The notes below the pieces were generated by a model that saw only the letters and a program-made list of their open reading frames with translations, made no database searches and was not told where the DNA came from. Below, piece by piece: positions 18,854 to 28,788 of a stretch of DNA of 64,000 nucleotides; the stretch's first letter is position 1, and every line of letters begins with the position of its first letter. The stretch is from Waterburya sp. (GTDB taxonomy: Bacteria > Cyanobacteriota > Cyanobacteriia > Cyanobacteriales > Xenococcaceae), in NCBI GenBank assembly GCA_965217895.1, contig CBDCJV010000002.1, positions 4,352,001 through 4,416,000 of the forward strand. The letters run 5' to 3'. A program made the translations under genes and the position numbers.

Positions 18854-20413
18854 CTAACCGCCCCAACTGCCGTATAAATAGCTTTTTAAAGATGATAAAT
18901 CTAATAATTCAAAGCTTGGCAAAAACTCTAGTAGTCTAGCTGCTATTTTACTTACACCCTGGGCAGCATTAGACTCAATATTTAAGGGAATGACAGGATC
19001 GTGGAGAGATAAGCGCAATAAAAACCAGCCAGCTTCTGTAGCAGATGTGCAAGATATTCTGACTCCTTCATAATTATTAGGCACAATCTCCCAATCTGTT
19101 TGAGTATTGGCAAACTCTTTTAACTGCTCGATAACATTATTACCGTAAGTTTGAAAATCAGCAGTCTTTATCTTTAAGCGAAATTCTTCGCTGACTGCTG
19201 GCTCTTGCAAACTGCTAATGGGATCTGTAATTAATTTGCCCTGCAATTTAGTCCTGGCTAACTCAACTAACAGTTTCGTGGCTAAATATGCCCCATCATC
19301 AAGAAAATAATTCTCCTTCATTGCCCCGTGTCCAGAGGTTTCAATTGCCAGCCAAGATTCCTCTCCAGAATTATCTAGCCTAATTGATTCATTAATCACG
19401 TTTTTATATCCTCGTTTAAAACGATGATGTTTCCCTCCTAGCTGCCGTTCAATAAATTGAGTTAAGCCATCTGAGGTAATTGAATCGGTGACTATAGTTG
19501 AGCCTGGATGTTCTTGTAAAACAATTGCTGAAATCAAGGCAATCATGCGGTTGCGATTTAGCTCATTTCCTTGGTGATCTACTGCTGCTGCGCGATCGAC
19601 ATCTGTATCAAAAATAATTCCGAGATCGGCTTGGCGATCGACAACAGCTTGGCAAATTGCCTCCATTGCCTCTTTGTTTTCTGGATTGGGAACATGATTA
19701 GGAAACGTTCCATCAGGATCGAGAAACTGGCTACCTGTCGTATCTGCCCCTAAAGGTTTTAGTACTCGATCTACATAAAACCCTCCTGCACCATTCCCCG
19801 CATCTACCACTATTTTTAAGCCTGTCAAAGGTTGCTCAAAGTTATCAAGATGATTTACCCCTCGGCGAACAGTCTCGACTAATTTGGCTGCATAAATAGT
19901 CATAAAATCGCGCTGAGAAACTTCGCCTTTGCTTGCACCAATAGTTAGTTCTTCGGCTTCAGCGATCGCCAGAATATCACTAATATCTGGTTTTCCTAAA
20001 CCGCCTTGGGGAGTAAAAAACTTTAAGCCATTACGATTAAAAGGCAAATGACTAGCGGTAAGCATAATTGCCCCATCACAGTTAAACCCATCTGTGACGG
20101 TACTCATAAACATAGCGGGAGTAGAGGCAAGATCGACATCATAAACTCTACATCCTGCGATCGCAATTCCCTCGATCACAGCCTGACTCAAAGCTTTTCC
20201 CGATAAACGGCTATCTCTTCCCACTGCAATTGTAATCTCTTCAGCAGGTTTATTTGCCTGTACCTTTAGCCACTGGACAAAAGCATTGCCAAGAGTTTTG
20301 GCTACATCAGAAGTTAAATTAACCACCTCATCAGCAACGCCTTCTAGGGCAACTCCACGAATATCAGAGCCATTTTGCAGCTTTTTCCAGTCGATGTTAT
20401 TCATTTTTGTCAT
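18854..20413 (-). CDS. phosphomannomutase/phosphoglucomutase
   Basis: NGSDIRG, catalytic TASH, DAGNGAGG, FPNH.PNPE, FDTDVDR, ETSGH. ATG at 20413 or 20404; the upstream GTG overlaps the 6S RNA. Confidence 0.92.
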   Translation of the reverse strand: MTKMNNIDWKKLQNGSDIRGVALEGVADEVVNLTSDVAKTLGNAFVQWLKVQANKPAEEITIAVGRDSRLSGKALSQAVIEGIAIAGCRVYDVDLASTPAMFMSTVTDGFNCDGAIMLTASHLPFNRNGLKFFTPQGGLGKPDISDILAIAEAEELTIGASKGEVSQRDFMTIYAAKLVETVRRGVNHLDNFEQPLTGLKIVVDAGNGAGGFYVDRVLKPLGADTTGSQFLDPDGTFPNHVPNPENKEAMEAICQAVVDRQADLGIIFDTDVDRAAAVDHQGNELNRNRMIALISAIVLQEHPGSTIVTDSITSDGLTQFIERQLGGKHHRFKRGYKNVINESIRLDNSGEESWLAIETSGHGAMKENYFLDDGAYLATKLLVELARTKLQGKLITDPISSLQEPAVSEEFRLKIKTADFQTYGNNVIEQLKEFANTQTDWEIVPNNYEGVRISCTSATEAGWFLLRLSLHDPVIPLNIESNAAQGVSKIAARLLEFLPSFELLDLSSLKSYLYGSWGG

Positions 20414-20426
20414 TAAAAAATAGCCC

Positions 20427-20603
20427 ACCGCCACGCCGTTTTACCTTAGTTTATGACCTGGAATACCAGGGTGGGAATTGGCTGCTCTAGTTTCTGTTTC
20501 CGAGTACTTGCTCGGTATACTGCCACCAGAGCTATTGCTATTCCCGACATAAATCAAGCATAGATCAATAAACTTGAGAGGTAGTCACCAACGTGGTAGT
20601 GGT
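20427..20603 (-). ncRNA. ssrS: 6S RNA (SsaA/SsrS), cyanobacterial type
   Basis: About 177 nt. The ends ACCACUACCACGUU / AACGGCGUGGCGGU pair. Internal GGGAAU..GCUCU..CCGAGCAAGUACUCGGAAACAGAAA..AGAGC..AUUCCC rod resembles cyanobacterial 6S RNA as recalled. Confidence 0.85.
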
Positions 20604-20659
20604 ACTTTATCCATCATAAACAGTTTTTAAAATTTAGCAAGAGGCATTGATAAGGAAAG

Positions 20660-20682
20660 AATTGATAATTGATAATTGATAA
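20660..20682 (+). repeat. 7-mer short tandem repeat (AATTGAT x3)
   Basis: aattgataattgataattgataa upstream of the NAD kinase gene; STRR-like. Confidence 0.6.
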
Positions 20683-20727
20683 ACGATAGTATGAGATGAA
20701 GCTCATTAAGTTACTTTCAAAAAGATA

Positions 20728-21657
20728 GTGGAATTAAAACGCGCAATTATTGCTTACAAAGCAGGAGACAAAAATAGCAGACAATGGGCAGAAAAATGTG
20801 CCAGAGAGTTAGAAAGTCGTAACTGTCAGGTTTTAATCGGACCAAGCGGTATTAAAGATAATCCCTATCCTGTCTTTTTAGCTTCTTCAATGGTCAAGAT
20901 CGATCTGGCAATAGTTTTGGGCGGAGATGGAACAATTTTGGCTGCTGCCAGACAACTAGCCCCTGAGAACATCCCCATTTTGGCGGTAAACGTGGGCGGA
21001 CATTTGGGGTTTTTGACCGAACCTTTTGAATTGTTTCAAAATACTGAACAGATATGGGATCGTTTACAGTCAGATCTTTATGCAGTCCAAAAACGCATGA
21101 TGTTACAGGCGCAGCTATATGAGGGACGAACTCAATTAACCTCCGTTAGCGAAATATTTTATTGTCTTAATGAGATGTGTATTAAACCTGCTAGCGTAGA
21201 TCGTATGCCTACTTCAGTCTTGGAACTAGAGGCAGATGGACAGGTAGTAGATCAATACAGCGGTGACGGACTATTAGTTTCAACTCCTACAGGCTCTACT
21301 GGCTATACCGTCTCAGCTAATGGGCCTATTTTGCATCCTGATATGTGGGCGATCGCCGTTACGCCGATATGTCCTCTCAGTCTCTCTGGTCGTCCCTTAG
21401 TTTTGCCCCCTGGTAGCGTAGTTAGCGTCTGTCCAATTAGAGACTATGAGGTGAACACTAAGCTTTGGACAGATGGTGCCTTGGGGACAACGATCTGGCC
21501 TGGTCAAAGAGTAGTAATCAAGATGGCAAATTGTCAGGCACATTTTATTATTTTGCGAGAAAGCTATTCTTTTTATGACACCCTAAGAGAAAAACTACAG
21601 TGGGCAGGAACTAGGGTGCATTATAAAGATAAAAACCAGAATTTTCTCAAAAAATAA
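20728..21657 (+). CDS. nadK: NAD(+) kinase
   Basis: LGGDGT, GHLGFL, LNE, GDGLLVSTPTGSTGYTVSANGPI, TPICP. Confidence 0.95.
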   Translation: MELKRAIIAYKAGDKNSRQWAEKCARELESRNCQVLIGPSGIKDNPYPVFLASSMVKIDLAIVLGGDGTILAAARQLAPENIPILAVNVGGHLGFLTEPFELFQNTEQIWDRLQSDLYAVQKRMMLQAQLYEGRTQLTSVSEIFYCLNEMCIKPASVDRMPTSVLELEADGQVVDQYSGDGLLVSTPTGSTGYTVSANGPILHPDMWAIAVTPICPLSLSGRPLVLPPGSVVSVCPIRDYEVNTKLWTDGALGTTIWPGQRVVIKMANCQAHFIILRESYSFYDTLREKLQWAGTRVHYKDKNQNFLKK

Positions 21658-21719
21658 GCTTTAATAGATCTCTTCTATTACTTTTTACTTCTTACCCACT
21701 ACCTCCCACCTCTCAATTA

Positions 21720-23441
21720 ATGTGGTCAACCAAACTATCCAAAGCTGCCTTAATAGTAATTACTACCGTTACGATTTTAGTTATTAATCTAAGTCCAGGA
21801 TTAACTCAAGCGAATTATAATTTCTTACCCTACGATCTGAGATTTGAAAATCTACAGCTAGATCGAGATGGGGGTATTCCCAAAGCACCTGTAGAAATTG
21901 ACGGGAGAGTTATATTAAGGGTTGGTAAACTTGATAGTGATTCGGCAGAAGAAAGAGCTTCTGTTATCCGTAAAGAGATAGTTCGAGCAGTTAAAGATGA
22001 TAACTTTACTGGAGTAAAGATCGAAGAAAAAGATAGGCTGCCAGTATTGTACTTGGTATTTGATAAACCACCAGAACCTGAGTTTAGAAAACAATTAGAT
22101 AGTGCTTCTAATCAAGAGCAACGGTACTTATTTACAGTCACCAGAGAAGATACTATCGCTAAAAAGTCGATTCTGGAAACGGCAATAGATTTAAAGCAGG
22201 AAATAGCACAGGCGATCGCTCAAGCTAAGAAAGAAAGAACTGCTGCTTTTGCACGTCGTCAGGGAATTATTGCTCTAGTTTTATTGTTAATAGCTCTATT
22301 CTTCTCCAGGTTAATAGAACAGCTACAAACTTATCCACTTAGAAAAGCAATTCAAAGAGTTATTCCTGGATTTCCTAGCAACACTACTTCTAGCCCTTCT
22401 AACCTAACAACTCTATTCCGTCTGAAATTGGGTTTTGCTCAGTTTCTGGTTTGGACAGTCACAATTTTTACTATTGCCTGTCTTTTCCCTCTTACCCGCC
22501 ATTGGTTATATGCGCTAATCAACATTTTAATTGGCACATTTAATACATCTGTATTTAGCTTGAATGGCGAAAACTTTTCCATCATCAAGCTACTATTTTT
22601 GGTTGGTTTATTAATTGGTTCAATTGTTGTGAGTGGATACCTTGCCAATTTGCTGCGTAGTAATGTTCTCCAAGCTACCAGGATGAGCAGAGGTTCTCAA
22701 GAAATCTTTTTTATTATTACTAAATATGGTTTAATTTTGTTGGCTTCAGTGGTTTTGCTCCAGGCTTATGGCTTGGATTTAAGTTCTTTAACTTTAATCG
22801 GTAGTGCTTTAGGTGTAGGTATCGGTTTTGGTTTTCAAGATATTGCCCGTAACTTTGCCAGCGGTATTGTGCTGTTATTTGAACGCTCGATTCAGGTGGG
22901 AGATTTTATTCAGATAGGGGAACATTTAGGAGTAGTTGAGGAGGTTAGAACTAGAAGTATTGTGCTTAAAACCTTGGATCGTATTTCTATTATTGTGCCT
23001 AACTCCCGTGTTCTTAGCGAAGAGGTGATCAACTGGAATCATCGCAAAAGCGTAACTCGCTTACATCTACCCATTGGAGTTGCCTATGAATCTGACGTAG
23101 CCAAAGTTAAGTCGGCTTTGCTACAGGCAGCCGAAGAACATCTAGAAGTTCTACGCAATCCTTCTCCCCAAGTCTTTTTTACTGAATTTGCCGATAGTTC
23201 TCTTAACTTTGAACTATTGGTTTGGACATCCGATCCTAGTCGTCAAGCACCCTTAAAAAGCGATCTTTATTTTCGGATCAAAGAACTGTTTGAGGAACAA
23301 GAAATTGATATTCCTTTTCCTCAAAGAGATATTAATTTGAGAACAGGAGATTTACCAATTAGGCTACCCGAACAATTGGAAAGCCATTTGTTGTATTGGT
23401 TGAGAAGTTTGATTTCTCAGAAACACCACAACGATAAATGA
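21720..23441 (+). CDS. MscS family mechanosensitive ion channel with N-terminal extracytoplasmic domain
   Basis: GVGIGFGFQD..RNF.SG, ERSIQVGD, IIVPNS, IGVAY.SD, F.DSSLNF, IPFPQRD. Confidence 0.93.
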   Translation: MWSTKLSKAALIVITTVTILVINLSPGLTQANYNFLPYDLRFENLQLDRDGGIPKAPVEIDGRVILRVGKLDSDSAEERASVIRKEIVRAVKDDNFTGVKIEEKDRLPVLYLVFDKPPEPEFRKQLDSASNQEQRYLFTVTREDTIAKKSILETAIDLKQEIAQAIAQAKKERTAAFARRQGIIALVLLLIALFFSRLIEQLQTYPLRKAIQRVIPGFPSNTTSSPSNLTTLFRLKLGFAQFLVWTVTIFTIACLFPLTRHWLYALINILIGTFNTSVFSLNGENFSIIKLLFLVGLLIGSIVVSGYLANLLRSNVLQATRMSRGSQEIFFIITKYGLILLASVVLLQAYGLDLSSLTLIGSALGVGIGFGFQDIARNFASGIVLLFERSIQVGDFIQIGEHLGVVEEVRTRSIVLKTLDRISIIVPNSRVLSEEVINWNHRKSVTRLHLPIGVAYESDVAKVKSALLQAAEEHLEVLRNPSPQVFFTEFADSSLNFELLVWTSDPSRQAPLKSDLYFRIKELFEEQEIDIPFPQRDINLRTGDLPIRLPEQLESHLLYWLRSLISQKHHNDK

Positions 23442-23549
23442 TGCTATAGTCATTCCAATTAATTTCCTCATAATTGACTGGTTTTAAGCCAGAGGTCAGG
23501 AGAGTTTGAGACACTTATCACAGTTTTCTTTTTTCGTATAGTTTCTATA

Positions 23550-23703
23550 GGATTGGGGGATTTAGGGTGGGCGGAAATGCCCTGAATGTAAGGGCATATT
23601 CTGAGGGCGTAATCCGTGGGTTTCTCACGGATGTTGACCGCCCGAACAACACCCATCCGAAAGAGGCGAGAATGTAGTTGATGAGACTTTTCAGACAATC
23701 TCT
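23550..23703. other. GC-rich multi-stem structured element (ncRNA or composite repeat, unassigned)
   Basis: GGGCGG (23569-74) / CCGCCC (23638-43) encloses hairpins ATGCCCT/AGGGCAT and ATCCGTG/CACGGAT. Outer GGGTG/CACCC pair. Confidence 0.5.
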
Positions 23704-24017
23704 TAGTGCCTTTTCCAAGATTATACTGAGAGATAAACTTGATCGATTAGGAAAAATACTCATCACTATAAAAACACTAAAACTTAACTATCAATTGATC
23801 GCAAGCAATATAACCTCTAGATTACATTTAATATACAAGTTTTTAAGTAATTATTTCGAGATTGATTCTTTGGTATGACTGCAAAATATACTGATGCGTT
23901 ATTCCAAAAACACAATTAACTTATAAAAGAACTATTAATTTTAATTATTTGAAATTTTACTGACGTAGCAATCTTATTATTGATAACTGCAACTCTTAAC
24001 TATATTTTTAACTTTTA

Positions 24018-24219
24018 TAGGACTTACGCAGTTTAACAAGTTCTGCCCTTCTAGCCTCCCAAATCTGGGGGAACAAGAATTAAAAGTCCCAGCCCCCTCT
24101 AATCTCCCCCAAACTTGGGGGAGACTAATCGTTCCCTCCCCAGAATTGGGGAGGGGTAGGGAGGGGCGGGGGATTTAGGGGGCTTTTGTGTAGCAAATTT
24201 GATTTCTCAGACAACCTCT
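24018..24219. repeat. composite REP/MITE-like GC-rich palindrome cluster
   Basis: Left end TAGGACTTACGCA. Hairpins CTCCCAAATCTGGGGG, TCTCCCCCAAACTTGGGGGAGA and CCCTCCCCAGAATTGGGGAGGG, then GGGGATTTAGGGGGC. Right end TTTCTCAGACAACCTCT. Confidence 0.7.
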
Positions 24220-24298
24220 TTGTTACAAACAACAAAATTTAAATACCTTGTTTGTAATTATCTTTCAAAATTGTGTACCAAATTAATAAAGTAAAACT

Positions 24299-25240
24299 AT
24301 GCTAAAAACAAATTTACTACAATCATGGGGAAAGCTAAATCTTAAAAATTGCCTGTTTTTACCTTTAATAGGGTTTGGTTGCTCCTTGGCTGTTCCTGCT
24401 GCACAAGCTGCCACGGTCACGTTTGATAGCGGCACAATTATCAATAGTGGCTCTCAAACCTTTGGTGGAATCAAAGTAAATTATAATCTTTCTCAGTCTG
24501 GAACTGCTGTAGACACTAGCAAATTCGGTACTCCTAGTAATAAAACGGGACAGCCATTTCCAGGAGCTACAACCTATACTCTTTTGGCAGCATACTCAGA
24601 TCTTAATGATGGCAATGCCTTTCAAGATACCGCTAAAACTACCCCTACGGGAGCTACGCAAACGCCACTTGTGGTTGACGTAAAGAACTATGTCAACTAC
24701 AACTTCACTTTTGACAAGCCTGTTGACCTAACTAATTTTAGAGTAAGCGATCTTGATTACGATCACGCAGATAATGATAAATATCATGACGCTATTTCTG
24801 TAATTGCTCAGAAACCCAATGGTACTTTCTCGGTTGTTACGGGAGGAACAGTTGGAACTGATTTACAAACTTACACAGCGAAGCTGATCGCTAACCCAAC
24901 TGGAGGACCTAATTATACTGTTAATGGCATCAGTACTTTAACACCTTACCGCCACAAAGATAATGCTGCAACTGGTACTTTGTCTAATCTTCCTAGTAAT
25001 AATACTACGGCAGTTGTTTACGATAGTTCACTCAAGAATATTTCTGCGGTCAATGTTCTATACTGGAGTGAAAGAAATGAGACAGCTACAAATTACAACA
25101 ATCTTCAAGGCATAGCTCTTAACGGCCAGTTTCAAGCAACTGAGGTTCCTTTTGAATTTTCTCCTACTCTGGGACTAATTTTGACGGGATTTGGTATTGG
25201 TTTACGCCAATGGTGGACAAGATCGAAAACTCAATCTTGA
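24299..25240 (+). CDS. PEP-CTERM-like (PFE-CTERM variant) exosortase-sorted surface protein
   Basis: Signal peptide ending AAQAA, T/N/G-rich body, C-terminal VPFEFSPTLG + hydrophobic helix + basic tail (RQWWTRSK). Confidence 0.88.
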   Translation: MLKTNLLQSWGKLNLKNCLFLPLIGFGCSLAVPAAQAATVTFDSGTIINSGSQTFGGIKVNYNLSQSGTAVDTSKFGTPSNKTGQPFPGATTYTLLAAYSDLNDGNAFQDTAKTTPTGATQTPLVVDVKNYVNYNFTFDKPVDLTNFRVSDLDYDHADNDKYHDAISVIAQKPNGTFSVVTGGTVGTDLQTYTAKLIANPTGGPNYTVNGISTLTPYRHKDNAATGTLSNLPSNNTTAVVYDSSLKNISAVNVLYWSERNETATNYNNLQGIALNGQFQATEVPFEFSPTLGLILTGFGIGLRQWWTRSKTQS

Positions 25241-25255
25241 TTAAACTATTGGCTG

Positions 25256-25477
25256 TAGCCATTGCTGACAAGTTAAGACACTGCGCTGTTTGTAAATAGG
25301 TCTTTAGCTATTAGCCACAAAACAGTTTAGCTTATTTATCTACAAATTCAGACTTGGTAAGCATCAACCTCATGCTAAACCCATATTTTACTTATCAACC
25401 AAAAACATACAACTTTTTAAAAGCTAATAGCTACGAGCAGTAATATATTGTAAGTCATTACTTAAATCACCAACGCC
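25256..25477. repeat. MITE/repeat debris between convergent genes
   Basis: End-like motifs TAGCCATTGCTGACAAGTTAAGACA and ACTTAAATCACCAACGCC. Internal inverted TAGCTATTAGC / GCTAATAGCTA. Confidence 0.4.
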
Positions 25478-25489
25478 ATAAAAGATTCT

Positions 25490-26053
25490 TCAGCGATTCA
25501 AACTAGAGCCTGTATGTTTGGTAAAAATCCAAATAATAGAACGCCCTACATCACGAATAATCTTGATCTTTGGCTCTGGTTTTCGGTTAGTTGCTAATGA
25601 GACAGGAGTGAAGGCAATTCCCTGGCTACCTAAAACTAAAAAAGCGATCGCTTTAGCTCTAGGCATATGAAAATCAGAAGTAATCAGGTAAATATGCTTA
25701 AAATGTCTTTTTTTAAAATCGACAACTAGGGTCGTAAAGTTAGTTACAGTATCGCTAGCACGGCGATCTAAGTAAAATTGTCCTTTTAAAATAGCTGCAT
25801 CTTGGAATATTTTACGGGCTAGATCGGGGTCAGTACCCGTAGATACCCAAATAGGTAAGTTGGGATGAGATTGAGCAAATTGTGCGGTAAATTCTTCTCG
25901 ATTTTGACCACCACCGAGAGTAAGAATTGCTTGAGGAGTTGGCTGCTGATAACAAGCGATCGCCAGTTTCAAGGGAATAGTAAGCAATAGAATTAAAATG
26001 AGACTAATAGCAACTAAAAAAAGATGAAATTTTTTTATGTATTTAAATCTCAT
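25490..26053 (-). CDS. YdcF/ElyC (DUF218) family protein
   Basis: N-terminal TM, ILTLGGG, DTVTNF, LITSDFHMPRA. Confidence 0.88.
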   Translation of the reverse strand: MRFKYIKKFHLFLVAISLILILLLTIPLKLAIACYQQPTPQAILTLGGGQNREEFTAQFAQSHPNLPIWVSTGTDPDLARKIFQDAAILKGQFYLDRRASDTVTNFTTLVVDFKKRHFKHIYLITSDFHMPRAKAIAFLVLGSQGIAFTPVSLATNRKPEPKIKIIRDVGRSIIWIFTKHTGSSLNR

Positions 26054-26067
26054 TAATTTACTGATAA

Positions 26068-26844
26068 CTATGACTCGATATTAATATTAGTTTCTATTTC
26101 GATTAAACGAATTGCTAAAATTATTTCAGCAAGCATTCTTTGAAAAGCATAATACCAGCCAACCCAACCATCTAAAACTCCGCCTTTTAGGATCAAACAA
26201 TAAAATAAAATAATAAACGGGGCAATTATTTTTTGCTTACGTATTTTGTCTCCCAAGCTCAGTTTTTGAAAGGGAGTTTCTGCAAGTTTTTTTGCTTCAA
26301 TTAGCATATAGCGATCTTGCGCCCATAACCATCTGCTTAAAGGCTTGCGATCGTCATGATGAATATAAGAATTAAGATGATTAGATTGTCCTGTAACAAC
26401 AACTTGATGAGCATGGCCATCATTAATATAATGTGCTTTATCTTTTCTAAATAGCACTTGACGATGTGGTAATAGTGTTCCTCGTAATGGTTTACCAAAA
26501 ACGCAATATTGAAAGTTCACAAAGTAACCATCACACAGATGTTTTGAAGATAAAGAATCAATCTCAGCAATGAACCTATCAGATAGTATATAATCTGCAT
26601 CAATAGAAAGTACCCACTCAGAATTTATTTGCTTTAATCCGTAATTGCATTGATTAGCAAAAGTATCAAATTTTCTTTGTAACACCTCTATCTGAGGATA
26701 GGACTGAAGAATTTCTAAAGTATCATCAGTACTAAAGCTATCAATAACGACAATTTTGTCTGCCCAATCAAGTTTGGCTAAAGTTCGCTTGATATTACAA
26801 CTTTCATTATAGGTAAGAATTAAAGGAGTTATACTTTTGAGCAT
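26068..26844 (-). CDS. glycosyltransferase family 2
   Basis: ILTYNE, VIDSFSTDDT, WVLSIDAD. Confidence 0.9.
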   Translation of the reverse strand: MLKSITPLILTYNESCNIKRTLAKLDWADKIVVIDSFSTDDTLEILQSYPQIEVLQRKFDTFANQCNYGLKQINSEWVLSIDADYILSDRFIAEIDSLSSKHLCDGYFVNFQYCVFGKPLRGTLLPHRQVLFRKDKAHYINDGHAHQVVVTGQSNHLNSYIHHDDRKPLSRWLWAQDRYMLIEAKKLAETPFQKLSLGDKIRKQKIIAPFIILFYCLILKGGVLDGWVGWYYAFQRMLAEIILAIRLIEIETNINIES

Positions 26845-26878
26845 GGCAAGATCGGCTTATAGGTATATCAATTACTCT

Positions 26879-27526
26879 TTATAATTGAGATAATTTACAA
26901 GAACACAACATTGATTTCCATAAATAAGGCAATCTCCCAGCAAAATCAAACTGTAAATTAGTAAACCCTTCTGATTCTAAAAGACTACTCAAGGTTTTTA
27001 CTGAGAAAAATTTAATATGACCACCATCCCAAAGGGTTGTGAAATGACAATCCATTTTTCCCGTAAGAGATAGTAAAAGATTTTTCCAATATCCATGATA
27101 AGGAGTAGTAATAATTAAAAACCCTTCTGGCTTCAAACAATGACGCGCATATTTAACTAATTCACGAGGATAATATAAATGCTCTATTACCTCAGCAGAA
27201 ATTACAACATCAAAAGAGTTTCTTAAATTTTGAGGAAGTTGATCGTAAACACTTCCTTGAATAAAGTCACAATGAGGAAAAGTTTGTTTAGCAAAATCAA
27301 TACCTGACTCTGATTGTTCTATACCAGTTACTTGATAACCTTGCTTTGAAATTAAATTAGTTAGGCTGCCATTACCACAACCAAGATCTAAAATACGTAG
27401 TGTATTTTCTTGAGAATTTGGAACTTGAGATAGTAGCTTGAGAAGTAAGGGGATTATATAAGCATGATGGTGATTGGAGTTACTATTTTGATAAGTATAT
27501 TTGTATTGATTCAAAATATTAGTCAT
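26879..27526 (-). CDS. class I SAM-dependent methyltransferase
   Basis: ILDLGCGNG, FDVVISAEVIEH, LKPEG.LIITTP. Confidence 0.9.
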   Translation of the reverse strand: MTNILNQYKYTYQNSNSNHHHAYIIPLLLKLLSQVPNSQENTLRILDLGCGNGSLTNLISKQGYQVTGIEQSESGIDFAKQTFPHCDFIQGSVYDQLPQNLRNSFDVVISAEVIEHLYYPRELVKYARHCLKPEGFLIITTPYHGYWKNLLLSLTGKMDCHFTTLWDGGHIKFFSVKTLSSLLESEGFTNLQFDFAGRLPYLWKSMLCSCKLSQL

Positions 27527-27562
27527 AACTTATAATTACTGTATTTTAATAACAACTGGTTG

Positions 27563-28735
27563 TTACTTGTTGTTTAAAATTGTGCTGTAGATATCAATTA
27601 GCTTTGCTGCAATACTATCCCAAGTATATTGTTCTAAAACAACTTTATAAGCGCGATCGCCTTTTGATTCTAGTTCTAATAAATTGTCTAAACAATAATC
27701 AATTGATGAAGTAATAGCATCAATATTTAAATCCGTAACGTATCCAATTCGCTCCTGTTTTAACATAGAAGATAGAGCAACGCCAGGGGTAACTAAAGCG
27801 GGAATTCCTGCTGCTAGAGCTTCTAAAACGGCAATACCAAAGTTTTCTGAATAAGAGGTTAGGGCAAAAACATCTGCACCCTGTAGTAACAGACTTTTAT
27901 ATTCTCCTTGAACAAAACCTACTCGATAAGTACGAGTACAAATATTATGTTGATGTAGTAGCTTTTCTACTTCAATTTCATATTCAGAATCGCCATTTCC
28001 AGCTAAAACAAAAGTAAAGGATTTATCAGTTAATTTTCCTAAAGCTGCAATTAAATAATCTAATCCTTTTTTGGGATGTAGTCGAGAAAGAAATAGAATA
28101 ATTGGTTCATTTTTTACTTTTAATTGCTGTCTTAACTTAGTTTTTGCATTGGGGATTTTAGGTGGAATAGATATACCATGAGGCAAAATAAAGCTAGAGC
28201 ATTTTAAATTGAGATTAGAAGTCTCTTGTTGTTCTTGCTCCGTGGTAAAATGTAAGGATTGCGCTCCATTAAGATTTGCTCTTTCAATTAAACTAAGATA
28301 GGCTCGTTTTTTTTGATAACCTTGTTGTAAAGACCATTGACATAATTGACCCAAAGTTCGGCATATATATGGTACTTTCTTAATACGGGCGATCGCCATG
28401 GCGACGGTAGAAGGATAAGAAAAAATAGCATGAATATGGATTAAATCATAATTATTTATATGAAGCCAAAACCAATGAGTCAAAGAAAAAGAAAAAGCAA
28501 ATTCTTTTAAAGAATAAATATCTGGCGAAAAACGAGAAAAAAACCAAACGGGTACTTCTTTATATTCTATTTTTTTATTTAAAGGAACATCTAAAAGGCG
28601 ATCGCCATTATCATTAGTAGTCACAATCTCAGCATCAATATTATGACGACGCAAAGCCATAACCATTTCTAAAATTGCCTGACTAGGACCACCTCTAACT
28701 GGTGCAATAGAAGGAATAACATGAAGAATTTTCAT
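27563..28735 (-). CDS. glycosyltransferase family 4
   Basis: MKILHVIPS..GGP, FLSRLHPKKG, SENFGIAVLEA. Confidence 0.92.
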   Translation of the reverse strand: MKILHVIPSIAPVRGGPSQAILEMVMALRRHNIDAEIVTTNDNGDRLLDVPLNKKIEYKEVPVWFFSRFSPDIYSLKEFAFSFSLTHWFWLHINNYDLIHIHAIFSYPSTVAMAIARIKKVPYICRTLGQLCQWSLQQGYQKKRAYLSLIERANLNGAQSLHFTTEQEQQETSNLNLKCSSFILPHGISIPPKIPNAKTKLRQQLKVKNEPIILFLSRLHPKKGLDYLIAALGKLTDKSFTFVLAGNGDSEYEIEVEKLLHQHNICTRTYRVGFVQGEYKSLLLQGADVFALTSYSENFGIAVLEALAAGIPALVTPGVALSSMLKQERIGYVTDLNIDAITSSIDYCLDNLLELESKGDRAYKVVLEQYTWDSIAAKLIDIYSTILNNK

Positions 28736-28788
28736 TAATTTGTTTCCATAACTTGCAAAATAACATTAATATCCAGTTTCATTAAAAA

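Noticed and set aside
20414..20434. GTG start for the phosphomannomutase
   Set aside because: It overlaps the 6S RNA 3' stem. In-frame ATGs at 20413 and 20404 are more plausible.
23569..23643. Hammerhead ribozyme (GAAA-stem-UA present)
   Set aside because: The required CUGANGA core is absent at the correct junction (UGUUGA is found instead).
23468..23878. Three short ORFs (76, 73 and 66 aa)
   Set aside because: They overlap one another across the structured/repeat element and have no recognisable motif. Likely spurious.
24040..24185. CRISPR array
   Set aside because: The palindromes are not identical direct repeats with regular unique spacers, and there are no cas genes in the window.
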